Virus record (IMG/VR): IMGVR_UViG_3300044653_000068 | Location: 32,001 to 96,000 of that record | DNA: 64,000 nt | Source of the DNA: a virus | Strand: one strand, 5' to 3' | Part shown: positions 9,442 through 18,120 of the stretch, piece by piece | How positions within the stretch are numbered: position 1 is the first letter of the stretch | Layout of the letters: each line of letters starts with the position of its first letter | Notes under the pieces: generated by a model | The model's input: only the letters and a program-made list of their open reading frames with translations | Database searches by the model: none | What the model was told of the DNA's origin: nothing | Made by a program: the position numbers and the translations under genes

Positions 9442-10523
9442 TCAGACTAGTCCGTCTTTATAGGCCCATCCCACGGGGAACAGCATCTTGTAGGCGTCGG
9501 CCCATTCCCGCCAGTGGCCCTCGATCGTGTTCCTCCGGGCCTTCTCCTTCGCGGCCGCGCCCATCTTCAGCCGCAGGGCCTCGTCGCCGGCCAGCTCGGA
9601 CAGGAAGCTGAGCCACTCGTGCTCCCGCTTCACCAGGAAGCCGTCCACGCCGTGGTCGATGAAGCGCCGGTAGGGCTCCACGTCGCTGGCGACGACGGGC
9701 GTCCCGCGCGCCATGTACTCCAGGGCCTTGATCCAGGACTTGGACCTGCTGAACTGGGTGTCGAGCAGCGGGCAGATGCCGATGTCGAAGTCGATGGCCC
9801 GGTAGAAGACGTCGGGGTAGTCGCTGACGTGAATCCACGGGATGTGGAACGAGCGGCCCGGCGGGCAGCCGAACTTGTCCCTGTAGTCAACGCCGGACAC
9901 GAACAGGTCCCACTGCGGGAAGCGCTTCATGAACCGGCGGACCGCGCCCGTCGCCATCGTGACGTCGCGGGCGTGCGAAGCGCCGCCCTGCCAGCCGATC
10001 CGGGGCCTGTCCCGCCGGTCGTCGTGCCCGAGGCCCAGGACGAACTCGGGGACGTAGTTGGGCAGCACCACGACGGGCACCCGGCCCCCGGTCAGCTCGC
10101 GCGTCCAGTCGCCGAGGTGCGGCGAGGACGTGGTGACCAGGTTCGCGGTGGTGCAGTAGCGCAGCACGGCCTCGCGGGTCTCGCCGCCCTCGGCGTAGCT
10201 CTTGTACGCCGCCGCGTTCTCCGGGGTGATATTCCAGATATCGTCATCGTTTTCGTAGACGGTTCGGCACGTCGGCGTGGCCCAGCGCCGCCAGACCCCC
10301 AGCCCCTCGAACGCGTTGGACCGCTGCGACACGATCACGTCGGCCTCGGCTGCGTCGGTCAGCAGGAGCTGCTCGTGCTGTTCCTGCATCAGCTTCGGGC
10401 CGCCGGACCGGAAGGTGACCTTCACATCACCGGAGTGCTCGTTGACCGCCGTGAGGGGGACGAGCATGCGATACCAAGTAAAGCGCACCCGGAGCCGCCA
10501 TCGTGGCTGGCGAAGACTCTCAC
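9442..10523 (-). CDS. GT-B (GT4-like) glycosyltransferase with a frameshift near the 5' end
   Basis: YENDDD, IGWQGGASH, DIGICPL..FSRSKSWIKALEY; N-terminus VRVFASHDGGSGCA (GTG 10523) is out of frame with WYRML... Confidence 0.85.
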
Positions 10524-10581
10524 GGGTGCAAACTCACCAGCGCGGTCACTGCACCCTCCGGAAGTAAAGTACGATACCGAC

Positions 10582-11121
10582 GTGCTCAAGCTACCACTTA
10601 CCGAGGAAGTCTACACACGGATCGACGACGCGGACCTGCTGCTGGTATCCGGCTTCCCCTGGCGTCCGCTGATTACGAAGACTAACAGTCAAGTCACGTA
10701 CGTTCACGCCTGGAACAACAGGCAGAGTGTGTACATGCATCGACTGATCGTCGGCGCCGGCCCGCGAGAGCTAGTTGACCATTCGGACGGAGACGGGCTT
10801 AACAACCAACGCTGGAACCTGCGCACGGCGAACCCGAACCAGTCACAGGACAACCGGGGCAAGCAGCGTAACGGCCGCACCTCGCAGTACAAGGGCGTCT
10901 TCTGGGATAAGTCCCGAAACCGCTGGGCCGCCACCATCCATCACGAGCACCGCACCCGCGCACTCGGTCGTTACCAGGCGGAAGAGGACGCAGCCCGCGC
11001 CTACGACGAGGCAGCCATTGCGCTGTTCGGCAGTTTCGCCCGGCTGAACTTCCCGACCGAGAACGGCGTCGTCTGCCTGCGGCATCAGATGGCCGTGCCC
11101 GATGCGTTCTGCGCCTGCTAG
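10582..11121 (+). CDS. HNH-AP2 homing endonuclease (freestanding)
   Basis: YMHRLI..VDHSDGDGLNNQRWNLR; AP2 motif SQYKGV.W..RW.A.I..LG.Y..EEDAARAYD; leaderless TACGAT-N6-GTG. Confidence 0.92.
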   Translation: MLKLPLTEEVYTRIDDADLLLVSGFPWRPLITKTNSQVTYVHAWNNRQSVYMHRLIVGAGPRELVDHSDGDGLNNQRWNLRTANPNQSQDNRGKQRNGRTSQYKGVFWDKSRNRWAATIHHEHRTRALGRYQAEEDAARAYDEAAIALFGSFARLNFPTENGVVCLRHQMAVPDAFCAC

Positions 11122-11124
11122 GCG

Positions 11125-11583
11125 CTACCCCGGGGCGGGCAGGGCCAGCGACACGGCTAGGACGGCGCCGAAGATCAGCAGGAAGATGCCGAGCGTGCCG
11201 CCCAGCTCCGTCCAGAAGCCGTGCTTCGCGCACGCCTGGGCCCGCATCACCCCGACGACGATCCCGATCAGCAGGCAGACGACGCCCATCAGCGCCAGGG
11301 CGGGCGCGCCGCGCGCGAACAGGAACGGGACCGCCGGGGCGATGCCCCCGGCCGCCGTGGCGAGGCCCATGACGGCCGAGGGCCACAGGCCGTTGTCAGA
11401 GTCGCTCAGGTACTCGTTCCCGGCCATGGACAGCGCGGCGGAGATCGCGCCGGACAGGGCGGCCGGGAAGATGAGGCGCTCGTCCCCGAGGAGGTAGAGC
11501 ACCACGCCCACGATCGACATGCAGCCGTCGCCCAGTCCGAAGATGGCCGGCCGGAACAGGGGCGCGGTGCTTTTCCCCGTCAC
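11125..11583 (-). CDS. VIT1/CCC1-family transporter-like membrane protein
   Basis: RPAIFGLGDG..S..GV, A.SMAGNEYLS, P.VPF; about 5 TM helices. Confidence 0.8.
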   Translation of the reverse strand: MTGKSTAPLFRPAIFGLGDGCMSIVGVVLYLLGDERLIFPAALSGAISAALSMAGNEYLSDSDNGLWPSAVMGLATAAGGIAPAVPFLFARGAPALALMGVVCLLIGIVVGVMRAQACAKHGFWTELGGTLGIFLLIFGAVLAVSLALPAPG

Positions 11584-11587
11584 ACGG

Positions 11588-12337
11588 CTACTTCGCGAGC
11601 AGGCTCAGGTCGCCCTGGAGGGCCGCCAGGTTGACGCCGTGGCCGTCGAGCCCGGACGCCGGGACCTCGCCCCAGATGCACGCCCAGGCCTCGGTGGACA
11701 TGAGGTGCCAGGCGCTGTACTGGATCGCCTGGATTCCGCCCCAGGTGACGATGTACAGGTTGTCGCTGTCGTAGCCGACGATCGGCACGCAGTGGCCGCC
11801 CTCGACGTTCCCGTTCTGGAAGGTCGCCGCCGTCCACGGCTCGCCGTCCTGGAACGCCTCCATCATCAGGTCGGTGACCCGGATGCCGGTGTAGGCGTAG
11901 CCGTAGGCGTCAACCGCGAACTGGAGGGTCGCCATGTCGCGGATCGAGACCGGCGCGTAGGCGGCCAGGGTGCGGCCGAACCAGCCGGTCTTCTTCACGT
12001 AGGCGAGGAAGTCCGCGAGCACGACGCCGTTGTCCTCGCCGCCCGTGTAGGCCAGGTAGTACTGGACGATCTCGTCGTCTGTGACAGCGGCCAGCGCGGT
12101 GTGCGACTCCAGGTCCACGGTCATCTCGCCGTGATTGACGCCCGCGACGCCGCAGTCGCCGTACTGGTCGTTGCCGTCCATGCCCCAGGCGGTGCCATCG
12201 GAGGCCTCCGGCGGGACGGGGGGCGTGACGCTCAGGGGAGCGGCGGGCAGCGCGCCGGCCACGTACCAGGTCAGGTCGCGGAGACCGTTCGGGACGTGGC
12301 CGGGAAGACAGCCCAGCTTGAGGTTCGAGTGCGTCAT
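11588..12337 (-). CDS. papain-like (C1-type) cysteine protease
   Basis: GNDQYGDCGVA (Cys), GGHCVPIVGYD (His), YIVTWG. Confidence 0.8.
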   Translation of the reverse strand: MTHSNLKLGCLPGHVPNGLRDLTWYVAGALPAAPLSVTPPVPPEASDGTAWGMDGNDQYGDCGVAGVNHGEMTVDLESHTALAAVTDDEIVQYYLAYTGGEDNGVVLADFLAYVKKTGWFGRTLAAYAPVSIRDMATLQFAVDAYGYAYTGIRVTDLMMEAFQDGEPWTAATFQNGNVEGGHCVPIVGYDSDNLYIVTWGGIQAIQYSAWHLMSTEAWACIWGEVPASGLDGHGVNLAALQGDLSLLAK

Positions 12338-12388
12338 TGTCCGCCTCTTCACTTGTGATCCGATGTCACGGAACAGGCTAGCCCGCGA

Positions 12389-12664
12389 TCAGGTCTGACG
12401 CCATTTTCCTGGGCCGTCCGGGAAACGCGCGTGCGCCTTGCCGTCATGGCCGACGTCCGTGCCGGAATTGCCGTCAATCGACGGCCAGCCCTGGTGGTCG
12501 GCCAGGGTGTGACGGCCGTCCGTGGCGTTGTAGTTCTCGTGCGGGGTCGGGTTGGCCTCGCGGCTGCCGACGTGCGGCTCGGTGACCGCGCCCTCGGCGT
12601 CCGCCGCGATCGGCTTGACGTTGTGCTCGACCGGCTTCTCGACCGGTCCCCACGTGTGTGCCAT
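12389..12664 (-). CDS. hydrophilic, probably disordered protein
   Basis: GGGAG RBS, 91 aa H/P/G/D-rich. Confidence 0.6.
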   Translation of the reverse strand: MAHTWGPVEKPVEHNVKPIAADAEGAVTEPHVGSREANPTPHENYNATDGRHTLADHQGWPSIDGNSGTDVGHDGKAHARFPDGPGKWRQT

Positions 12665-12678
12665 TGACTTGCTCCCTG

Positions 12679-12933
12679 TCAGGTGATCGCGGTGGCGTCG
12701 TACGCGTAGACGGGCTGCGTCGCGCTGCCGAACGTGAAGCCCGTGGTGCACTTCACCAGGACGTTCGCGAACAGGATCGGCGAGCCGATCGCGGGATAGG
12801 GGGCCTGCGCCGTGGCGAGCCCGTTGAGCATGTTGTTGCACGCGTCAAGGGACGGGGCGTAGACCGAGTTGCCGGTCGCGGCCTGGATCGCGGCGGCGGT
12901 CGTAGCAGCCGATGCTCCCGTTGTGTATGCCAT
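12679..12933 (-). CDS. putative virion protein, single copy of a repeat domain
   Basis: AGGA RBS; YTTG...PILFANVLVKCTTG...PVYAY. Confidence 0.7.
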   Translation of the reverse strand: MAYTTGASAATTAAAIQAATGNSVYAPSLDACNNMLNGLATAQAPYPAIGSPILFANVLVKCTTGFTFGSATQPVYAYDATAIT

Positions 12934-12944
12934 TGTCCTGTTCC

Positions 12945-13358
12945 TTAGCTAGGGCTGGTCGAGTACTCGAAGACGGGACTGGTAGTGGCGTTCCACCCGC
13001 TCGTGCACTCCACGAGGACGCCCCACAGTGTGATGGCGGAGCCCTGCCTCCAGGCGAGCGAGTGCAGCACGGCGGAAGCCTGGTCCGCCAGCGCCCCGGC
13101 GGTCACCAGCGCGGCGGCGGTCTGCGCCAGGGTCTTGCCGGTCTGCGTGAAGCTGGGCGTGATGTCGTACTCCCACACCGCGTCGCCGGGGTTGTTCCAC
13201 CCGCTCGTGCACTGGACGAGGACGCCCCACAGGGTGACGGGGTTGTTGGGCTTGTGCCCGGCGGAGGCGAGCGAGGTGAGCGCCTGGTCCATCAGCGCCC
13301 CGGCGGTGACCAGGACTGCGGCCATCTGCGCGGTGGTGCGGCCGGTGGTGAAGCCCAT
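12945..13358 (-). CDS. putative virion protein, two tandem repeat domains
   Basis: internal duplication LVTAGAL.DQA...TLWGVLV.CTSGWN...V.EY...PS. Confidence 0.75.
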   Translation of the reverse strand: MGFTTGRTTAQMAAVLVTAGALMDQALTSLASAGHKPNNPVTLWGVLVQCTSGWNNPGDAVWEYDITPSFTQTGKTLAQTAAALVTAGALADQASAVLHSLAWRQGSAITLWGVLVECTSGWNATTSPVFEYSTSPS

Positions 13359-13681
13359 TAGTGCATCCCCTTCCAGGTGCGCTGCGGCGAGCCCATACCG
13401 GGCCCGTACTCGGCGGACTCGGGCACGTCCACGTCGAGGTTCTTATCGGTGACGGCCTCGGGGCCGGGCAGGTCGGCGGGGCTCTGCTCGTTGCCGAAGT
13501 CCGTCATCGTGGCCATCACGACGTCGTGCACGGCCTCGGAGTCCGAGCCTCGGCCGGCGAAGTTCGGGTCCTTCTTGGTGATCATGTTGCCGCCGGCCAT
13601 CGACGCGTCGTACGCCGGGAAGTGCTGGTTCTCGGGCAGGTTACTCAGGTCGTGCGTCGTCGGCTTCACCGGGAACGTCAT
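13358..13681 (-). CDS. acidic, probably disordered protein
   Basis: GGAGG RBS, 107 aa. Confidence 0.65.
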   Translation of the reverse strand: MTFPVKPTTHDLSNLPENQHFPAYDASMAGGNMITKKDPNFAGRGSDSEAVHDVVMATMTDFGNEQSPADLPGPEAVTDKNLDVDVPESAEYGPGMGSPQRTWKGMH

Positions 13682-13835
13682 CGCCGGGCACCTCCTGTCG
13701 CGGCTGGTCTGCGGACGGGGTGAGGACGGCCTCGGGCGGCATGCCCTCGCCGTGGTCGTTGCGGCCGGCGAACGGCCCGAAGGCCCCGATGTGCGCGGGG
13801 TTCACGGGCCAGGGGGCCGGGCCGACCGTCTTCAC
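13641..13835 (-). CDS. Pro-rich small protein
   Basis: 64 aa, fills an operon gap. Confidence 0.45.
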   Translation of the reverse strand: MKTVGPAPWPVNPAHIGAFGPFAGRNDHGEGMPPEAVLTPSADQPRQEVPGDDVPGEADDARPE

Positions 13836-13838
13836 GGC

Positions 13839-14429
13839 TTACCGGCCCGCGTTCGGGTTCCCGGCCGGGCGCGGCTGGGTACCGGAGTCCATGGCGTCGG
13901 GGTGGCCCGCGCCCCGGACGGAGCCGGAGCCGATGCCCGTGCTGACCGGGCGGTTGCCTTCCAGCGCCGGGAGGGTGGCGCCGCCGGCGTAGCCCTGGTC
14001 GTTGGCCTGGGTCCAGTCGCCGATGCCGTCGATGTGAGCGGCGGTGGTGACATCGCGGTTGACGCCGCCCATGATGCCGAACGGGTCGGTGTACGTCACG
14101 GTGTCCGGTCCGGCGTTCTGGTTGGACGCGCCCGGCGAGCCGTGCAGGCCCGTGTCGGTGATCTCGTCGCCGGTGACGTACGAGAGGCCGTCGTCGAGCT
14201 GGCCGGGCTGCACCGTCACGTCGGACGAGTGCCTCCCCGGGGGCGTGGAGCCGTGCGCGCCCGTCGAGTAGGACTGGGCGAAGCCGAAGATGTCGGGAGG
14301 GGTCTGCCCGTTCTGCTCAGTGGGGTCGAGGCCCGCACCGCCGTGACCCTGGCGTGCCGGGGCCGGAGACTGGCGCTGGGGGGTAGCGCCCTGGCGGCCG
14401 GGGTTCGTCCCGTCGTTGACAGTAGCCAT
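13839..14429 (-). CDS. G/D/T/P-rich low-complexity protein
   Basis: GAAAGGA RBS, own TACACT -10 upstream. Confidence 0.7.
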   Translation of the reverse strand: MATVNDGTNPGRQGATPQRQSPAPARQGHGGAGLDPTEQNGQTPPDIFGFAQSYSTGAHGSTPPGRHSSDVTVQPGQLDDGLSYVTGDEITDTGLHGSPGASNQNAGPDTVTYTDPFGIMGGVNRDVTTAAHIDGIGDWTQANDQGYAGGATLPALEGNRPVSTGIGSGSVRGAGHPDAMDSGTQPRPAGNPNAGR

Positions 14430-14495
14430 AGCGATGAAGTCCTTTCACAGTTCCTTCACGCCCAGTGTAAGGCTCTATCGCAGCTTGGGGTAGGG

Positions 14496-14963
14496 CTAGT
14501 CCTCTTCCCCCAGTCTGGCCCCATATCTACTCATCAAATCGGCCTTGGACATCTCCTCGGCGCGCTCGATGGTGATCGCCGGGCAGCCCTTGATCCCGCT
14601 CATCTTCACGGCGTAGTCGGCCCACGCGGACTTGGGGGCGTTGCCGTACGGGCGCTTGGGCTCAACGGGAGCCTCCGGCACTCCCGCGACCTCGGGAACG
14701 GGCTGGCCGTCCGGCTCGTGACCGGGGTCGTTCCAGTCCTGCCCCGTGGCGGTCTTGTATGTCTCCGCCAACCGCTCCGCCTCCTGCGCCTCCAGCTCGG
14801 CGCGGGTCGGGCCGACCTCCTGCGGGGGACCGACGTACTCGCCGAGCTTATTGTGGACCGCGAAATCCGCCGTCGCGTCGTCGAGCGTGAGTTCCGAGCC
14901 CTTGTCCGCGACGATGCGCGGCCGGTCCATCTTGACGGCGGTGGTGAACTTTACCCGGCGCAT
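14496..14963 (-). CDS. conserved actinophage post-capsid protein
   Basis: GAGGAG RBS; C-terminal helical motif P..NAPKSAWADYAV...AEEMSKADLM. Confidence 0.7.
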   Translation of the reverse strand: MRRVKFTTAVKMDRPRIVADKGSELTLDDATADFAVHNKLGEYVGPPQEVGPTRAELEAQEAERLAETYKTATGQDWNDPGHEPDGQPVPEVAGVPEAPVEPKRPYGNAPKSAWADYAVKMSGIKGCPAITIERAEEMSKADLMSRYGARLGEED

Positions 14964-14982
14964 GCGCTGCTCCTCTTAAACG

Positions 14983-15021
14983 GCGAAATCCCCCACCAGC
15001 GTAGCTGATGAGGGATTTCGC
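14983..15021 (-). terminator. stem-loop downstream of the capsid gene
   Basis: GCGAAATCCC...GGGATTTCGC inverted repeat. Confidence 0.65.
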
Positions 15022-15046
15022 ACGGTCCCCGTGGACCGAGGCGAGC

Positions 15047-16423
15047 CTAGCTTGCGCCGCCCTTGAACACGGCCAGAGGCTGCGGAGCGTAGGAGGGCGG
15101 GTTCATCAGGTTGCCGTCCGCGCGGATGATGGCGCGGAAGCTAACCAGGTCCGTTGAGAAGGCGAAGTCGTCCGAGCGCTCGAAGCGCACCCCGCCGACC
15201 ATCCGGATGAAGTACTGCGAGAAGTCGCCGAAGACGATCGAGGTTGCACCCACGCCGATCGCCGGCATGAACGGGTCCGCGACCAGGGGCTTGCCCAGGA
15301 GCAGGTCCGGAGCGCCGAGGACGGTGGAGGGCTCCCAGATCGGGCGTCCCACGGTGTCCGTCAGCTTCCGGAGGGTGCCCAGCGTCTTGTCCGCCGCCAG
15401 CCAGTAGCAGGACCGGCTCTGGCGGTAGGGAGCGATGACGCTGTACTCCATGTCCACCAGGTTCGCGTAGGTCGGGCCGCCCTCGACGACCCCCGTGGTG
15501 TCCGGGGCCGCGCTCGTGCCGGAGGCCGAGGCCGGGCCGGTGATCGCGACGGGGGCCGCCAGGATGTTGCCCGAGATGCCGGACCCGCCGTTGACCAGCT
15601 CGTTGCCCAGGAAGTTGCCCAGGGCGCGGCCCGCCGACATGGCGAGGTAGCCGAGCAGGTTGACGCCGGAGTCGTCGATCAGCTCGCGGGAAACCTGGAT
15701 CATGATGCCGAACTTGTTCGCGGTCAGGGTCTTCTGCGCGAAGATCGGGTCGGCCGAGGGGAGCGTTCCGCCCTGCGCGGCCGAGACGGCGACCTGGGCG
15801 GCCGAGGTGAGGCCGGTGTGCTGGTTGACGATCGGGATCTGGATCGGCTCGCCGCCCACGGTGTTGAGCACGGTGGGACCAGTCTGCATCACGCCCGAGA
15901 CCTCGATCAGGTACGACAGGAGCTGGTCGTAGAAGTCGATCGGGACGATGCCGCCCGAGGTGTTCGGCACGTTGCCCACGTAGCCGTCCGTCAGGACACG
16001 GACTTCAGTGGGGCTCATGGGCCGGCCGGTGGAGAGCTTCTGCATGATCCGGGAGTTGAGGGCGGGGACCTCCAGCTGCTTGCGCTGGCCCGTCTTGACG
16101 TCGAACTGGCCGCCGGTCACGAACGACCGGGCCTCGGCCGCGAAGCCCTCAAGGCCGCTGCCCTGGGTCATCGCCGGGTTCGCCGGGCGGGCGTTCATCG
16201 CGTCGAACGACGCCATGGTCTCGGCCATGCGCTTCTCGGTGGCGAGAACGTCCTTGAGCCGGCCGTCGTTGGCGTCGAGTTCGGCGTGCAGGTCGGCGAG
16301 CTTCCGCTGCTCGTCCTCGTTGAAGTTCCGGCGCTCGTCAGAGGCGTGCAGGGTGATCTGCTCGATCTCGTGCCAGGTGCGCTGCACCTGCTCGTGGAGC
16401 TGGGTAGCAACCGTGGATGCCAC
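15047..16423 (-). CDS. major capsid protein (HK97 fold, N-terminal delta domain)
   Basis: GGIVPIDF, VSRELIDDS, LRKLTDTVGRPIW, FGDFSQY, FRAIIRADG. Confidence 0.97.
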   Translation of the reverse strand: MASTVATQLHEQVQRTWHEIEQITLHASDERRNFNEDEQRKLADLHAELDANDGRLKDVLATEKRMAETMASFDAMNARPANPAMTQGSGLEGFAAEARSFVTGGQFDVKTGQRKQLEVPALNSRIMQKLSTGRPMSPTEVRVLTDGYVGNVPNTSGGIVPIDFYDQLLSYLIEVSGVMQTGPTVLNTVGGEPIQIPIVNQHTGLTSAAQVAVSAAQGGTLPSADPIFAQKTLTANKFGIMIQVSRELIDDSGVNLLGYLAMSAGRALGNFLGNELVNGGSGISGNILAAPVAITGPASASGTSAAPDTTGVVEGGPTYANLVDMEYSVIAPYRQSRSCYWLAADKTLGTLRKLTDTVGRPIWEPSTVLGAPDLLLGKPLVADPFMPAIGVGATSIVFGDFSQYFIRMVGGVRFERSDDFAFSTDLVSFRAIIRADGNLMNPPSYAPQPLAVFKGGAS

Positions 16424-16497
16424 TGTTTTTCCTCTCGTGTGAAGAGAATCAACACTGGCTCCGGCGCGGTGCGCACGGCCTCAGACGTTCAACATCA

Positions 16498-16526
16498 AGA
16501 CTAAGGGCGGCTGTGAAGTCGTGCAA
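16498..16526 (-). promoter_or_regulatory. promoter of the capsid gene
   Basis: TTGCAC-N17-TAGTCT, near-identical to the promoter at 18087-18115. Confidence 0.75.
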
Positions 16527-16543
16527 CACGTCGTGAGAAGAAA

Positions 16544-16644
16544 TCCCCCGGCGGGACTCGAACCCGCACGCCATCTCAGCCCGTATCTCGGCTTGTCGTC
16601 CCGAAGGACTCCTCTAGGGTCTTGCCTTTTGCCTCGACGGGGGA
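16544..16644 (-). ncRNA. tRNA-like RNA lacking a canonical anticodon arm
   Basis: 7-bp acceptor TCCCCCG/CGGGGGA, T-arm GCGGG-TTCGAGT-CCCGC, internal GTCC-TTCG-GGAC hairpin. Confidence 0.65.
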
Positions 16645-16650
16645 AGTTCT

Positions 16651-18048
16651 CTACTCAGGGAGCGCGGTCAGCGTCTTCTTGCGCTCGAACATCTTGCGCA
16701 TGGCCTCGACCGGGGAAAGCCCTTCAGGCGCGGCCGGGGTCTCGGGCTCGCCGTCGCGCTTCTCCGGCTCGGGCTCGGCGTCCTCGCCAGCGCGGGAGGC
16801 GACGGTGACCGGGGTGTGCCTGCCCTCGTGGCCCGTGTGCTGATTGCACGGCAGCCCGTCGTGGCGGCCCCAGCAAAGGCCGGCGTGCCCGCCCTCGGCG
16901 GCATTGTCGCCGTCAGCGGGGTGGCCCATCGGCCGAACGCAGGGCTCGCCGTGATGGAACCGCATGCAAAGCTGGTCGGTGGTCCGGGGCTTGACCGCCG
17001 CGCGGATCTCGTCCTCGTCGCGGATCTGGCGCTCGTCCTCGGGGACCATGGAGTCGCCCATGACGGGCTCCGGCTCGGCGTAGCTGTCGTCGCGCAGGGA
17101 GTCGGCCGGGTCGTCGAGCACGCGGCTCTCCTCCTTGGGGGCGGCGTCCGGCTTTGGGATCACCGGTAGCGCGCGGTCGAGGCGGTGGAAGAACCGGCGG
17201 GCCTGGCCGGCCTCCAGGATGCTGCGGACCTCGGTCGGGTCGCCGCCGACGAAATGGGCCAGGGACGCGACGGCGCCGCTGATGTTGCGGGCCATAGCCA
17301 CCGTGTCGTGGTAGGCGGGGTCCATGACCGGCGCGGTGTCCACCAGCGCGGTGTTGCGGAGCTGCCGGAGCGGGGTGCCGTACTCGGACTCGCCCCAGGT
17401 GTCGTCCACGCCGGGCTCGGCGATGCGGAAGGCGAAGCTGGAGTAGCGGACGTCGCCGCGCTCGACCAGCTCCAGGACGTCCTCGCGGTGCCGGGGCGGG
17501 AGCACGTCGTAGGCGAGGCCCTGGTCGTCAACGCGGAGCTTCAGCGTCCCGGCCATCGTGGTGCCGAGCACCATGTCGTCCTTGTGGTTGTACCGGCAGA
17601 CCACGTTAATGTGGTCCTCGCCCTTCTCGATCGCGCGCAGCGCGTTGTCAAAGGCCCCGGGCATCACCTGCTCGTGGAAGCCGCCGAGGCGCCGCGAGGT
17701 CTTGCCGAACACCGCCGCGTAGCCGAGGATGTGCTGCGGCTCGCCCTCGGCGGCCGACCGGACCTCGGGGCGGTCCGCGATGAACCGCACTTCCGGGAAC
17801 AGCGCCTCCAGCGAGCGGCCCGTGTCCGAGTCCCCGCCTCCGACGCCGAACTTCTTGGCTGCCGCCATTACCTTGCCCTTCGCCTTGGACCACATCGGGG
17901 AGCGCGGGCCGAGCCGCAGGGCCGCGATAGCGTGCGCCTTATCGTGGATAGGGAAGTGCCGCTCCCCCTTCTCGTCGATGTAGGCGAACGCGGAGTCGGG
18001 CAGGGCCTTCCGTGCCGCGCTCGACAGGAGCGCCCGGTCCTCGGCCAT
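16651..18048 (-). CDS. HK97-type prohead protease with N- and C-terminal extensions
   Basis: GYAAVF, FHEQVMPGAF, YNH...LG, SSFAF, PAY; N-terminal LPDSAFA...FPIHD.AH domain. Confidence 0.93.
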   Translation of the reverse strand: MAEDRALLSSAARKALPDSAFAYIDEKGERHFPIHDKAHAIAALRLGPRSPMWSKAKGKVMAAAKKFGVGGGDSDTGRSLEALFPEVRFIADRPEVRSAAEGEPQHILGYAAVFGKTSRRLGGFHEQVMPGAFDNALRAIEKGEDHINVVCRYNHKDDMVLGTTMAGTLKLRVDDQGLAYDVLPPRHREDVLELVERGDVRYSSFAFRIAEPGVDDTWGESEYGTPLRQLRNTALVDTAPVMDPAYHDTVAMARNISGAVASLAHFVGGDPTEVRSILEAGQARRFFHRLDRALPVIPKPDAAPKEESRVLDDPADSLRDDSYAEPEPVMGDSMVPEDERQIRDEDEIRAAVKPRTTDQLCMRFHHGEPCVRPMGHPADGDNAAEGGHAGLCWGRHDGLPCNQHTGHEGRHTPVTVASRAGEDAEPEPEKRDGEPETPAAPEGLSPVEAMRKMFERKKTLTALPE

Positions 18049-18086
18049 CGCGTTACGTCCTTTCACGGACAAGAGTGTTCACGTCC

Positions 18087-18115
18087 AGAGTAAGGACGTC
18101 TGTGAAGTGGTGCAA
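18087..18115 (-). promoter_or_regulatory. promoter of the protease gene
   Basis: TTGCAC-N17-TACTCT. Confidence 0.75.
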
Positions 18116-18120
18116 CACAC

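Noticed and set aside
11125-14429. RiPP-like biosynthetic cluster (peptides, protease, transporter)
   Set aside because: No recognisable RiPP maturase or leader motif; the position in the head operon favours virion roles
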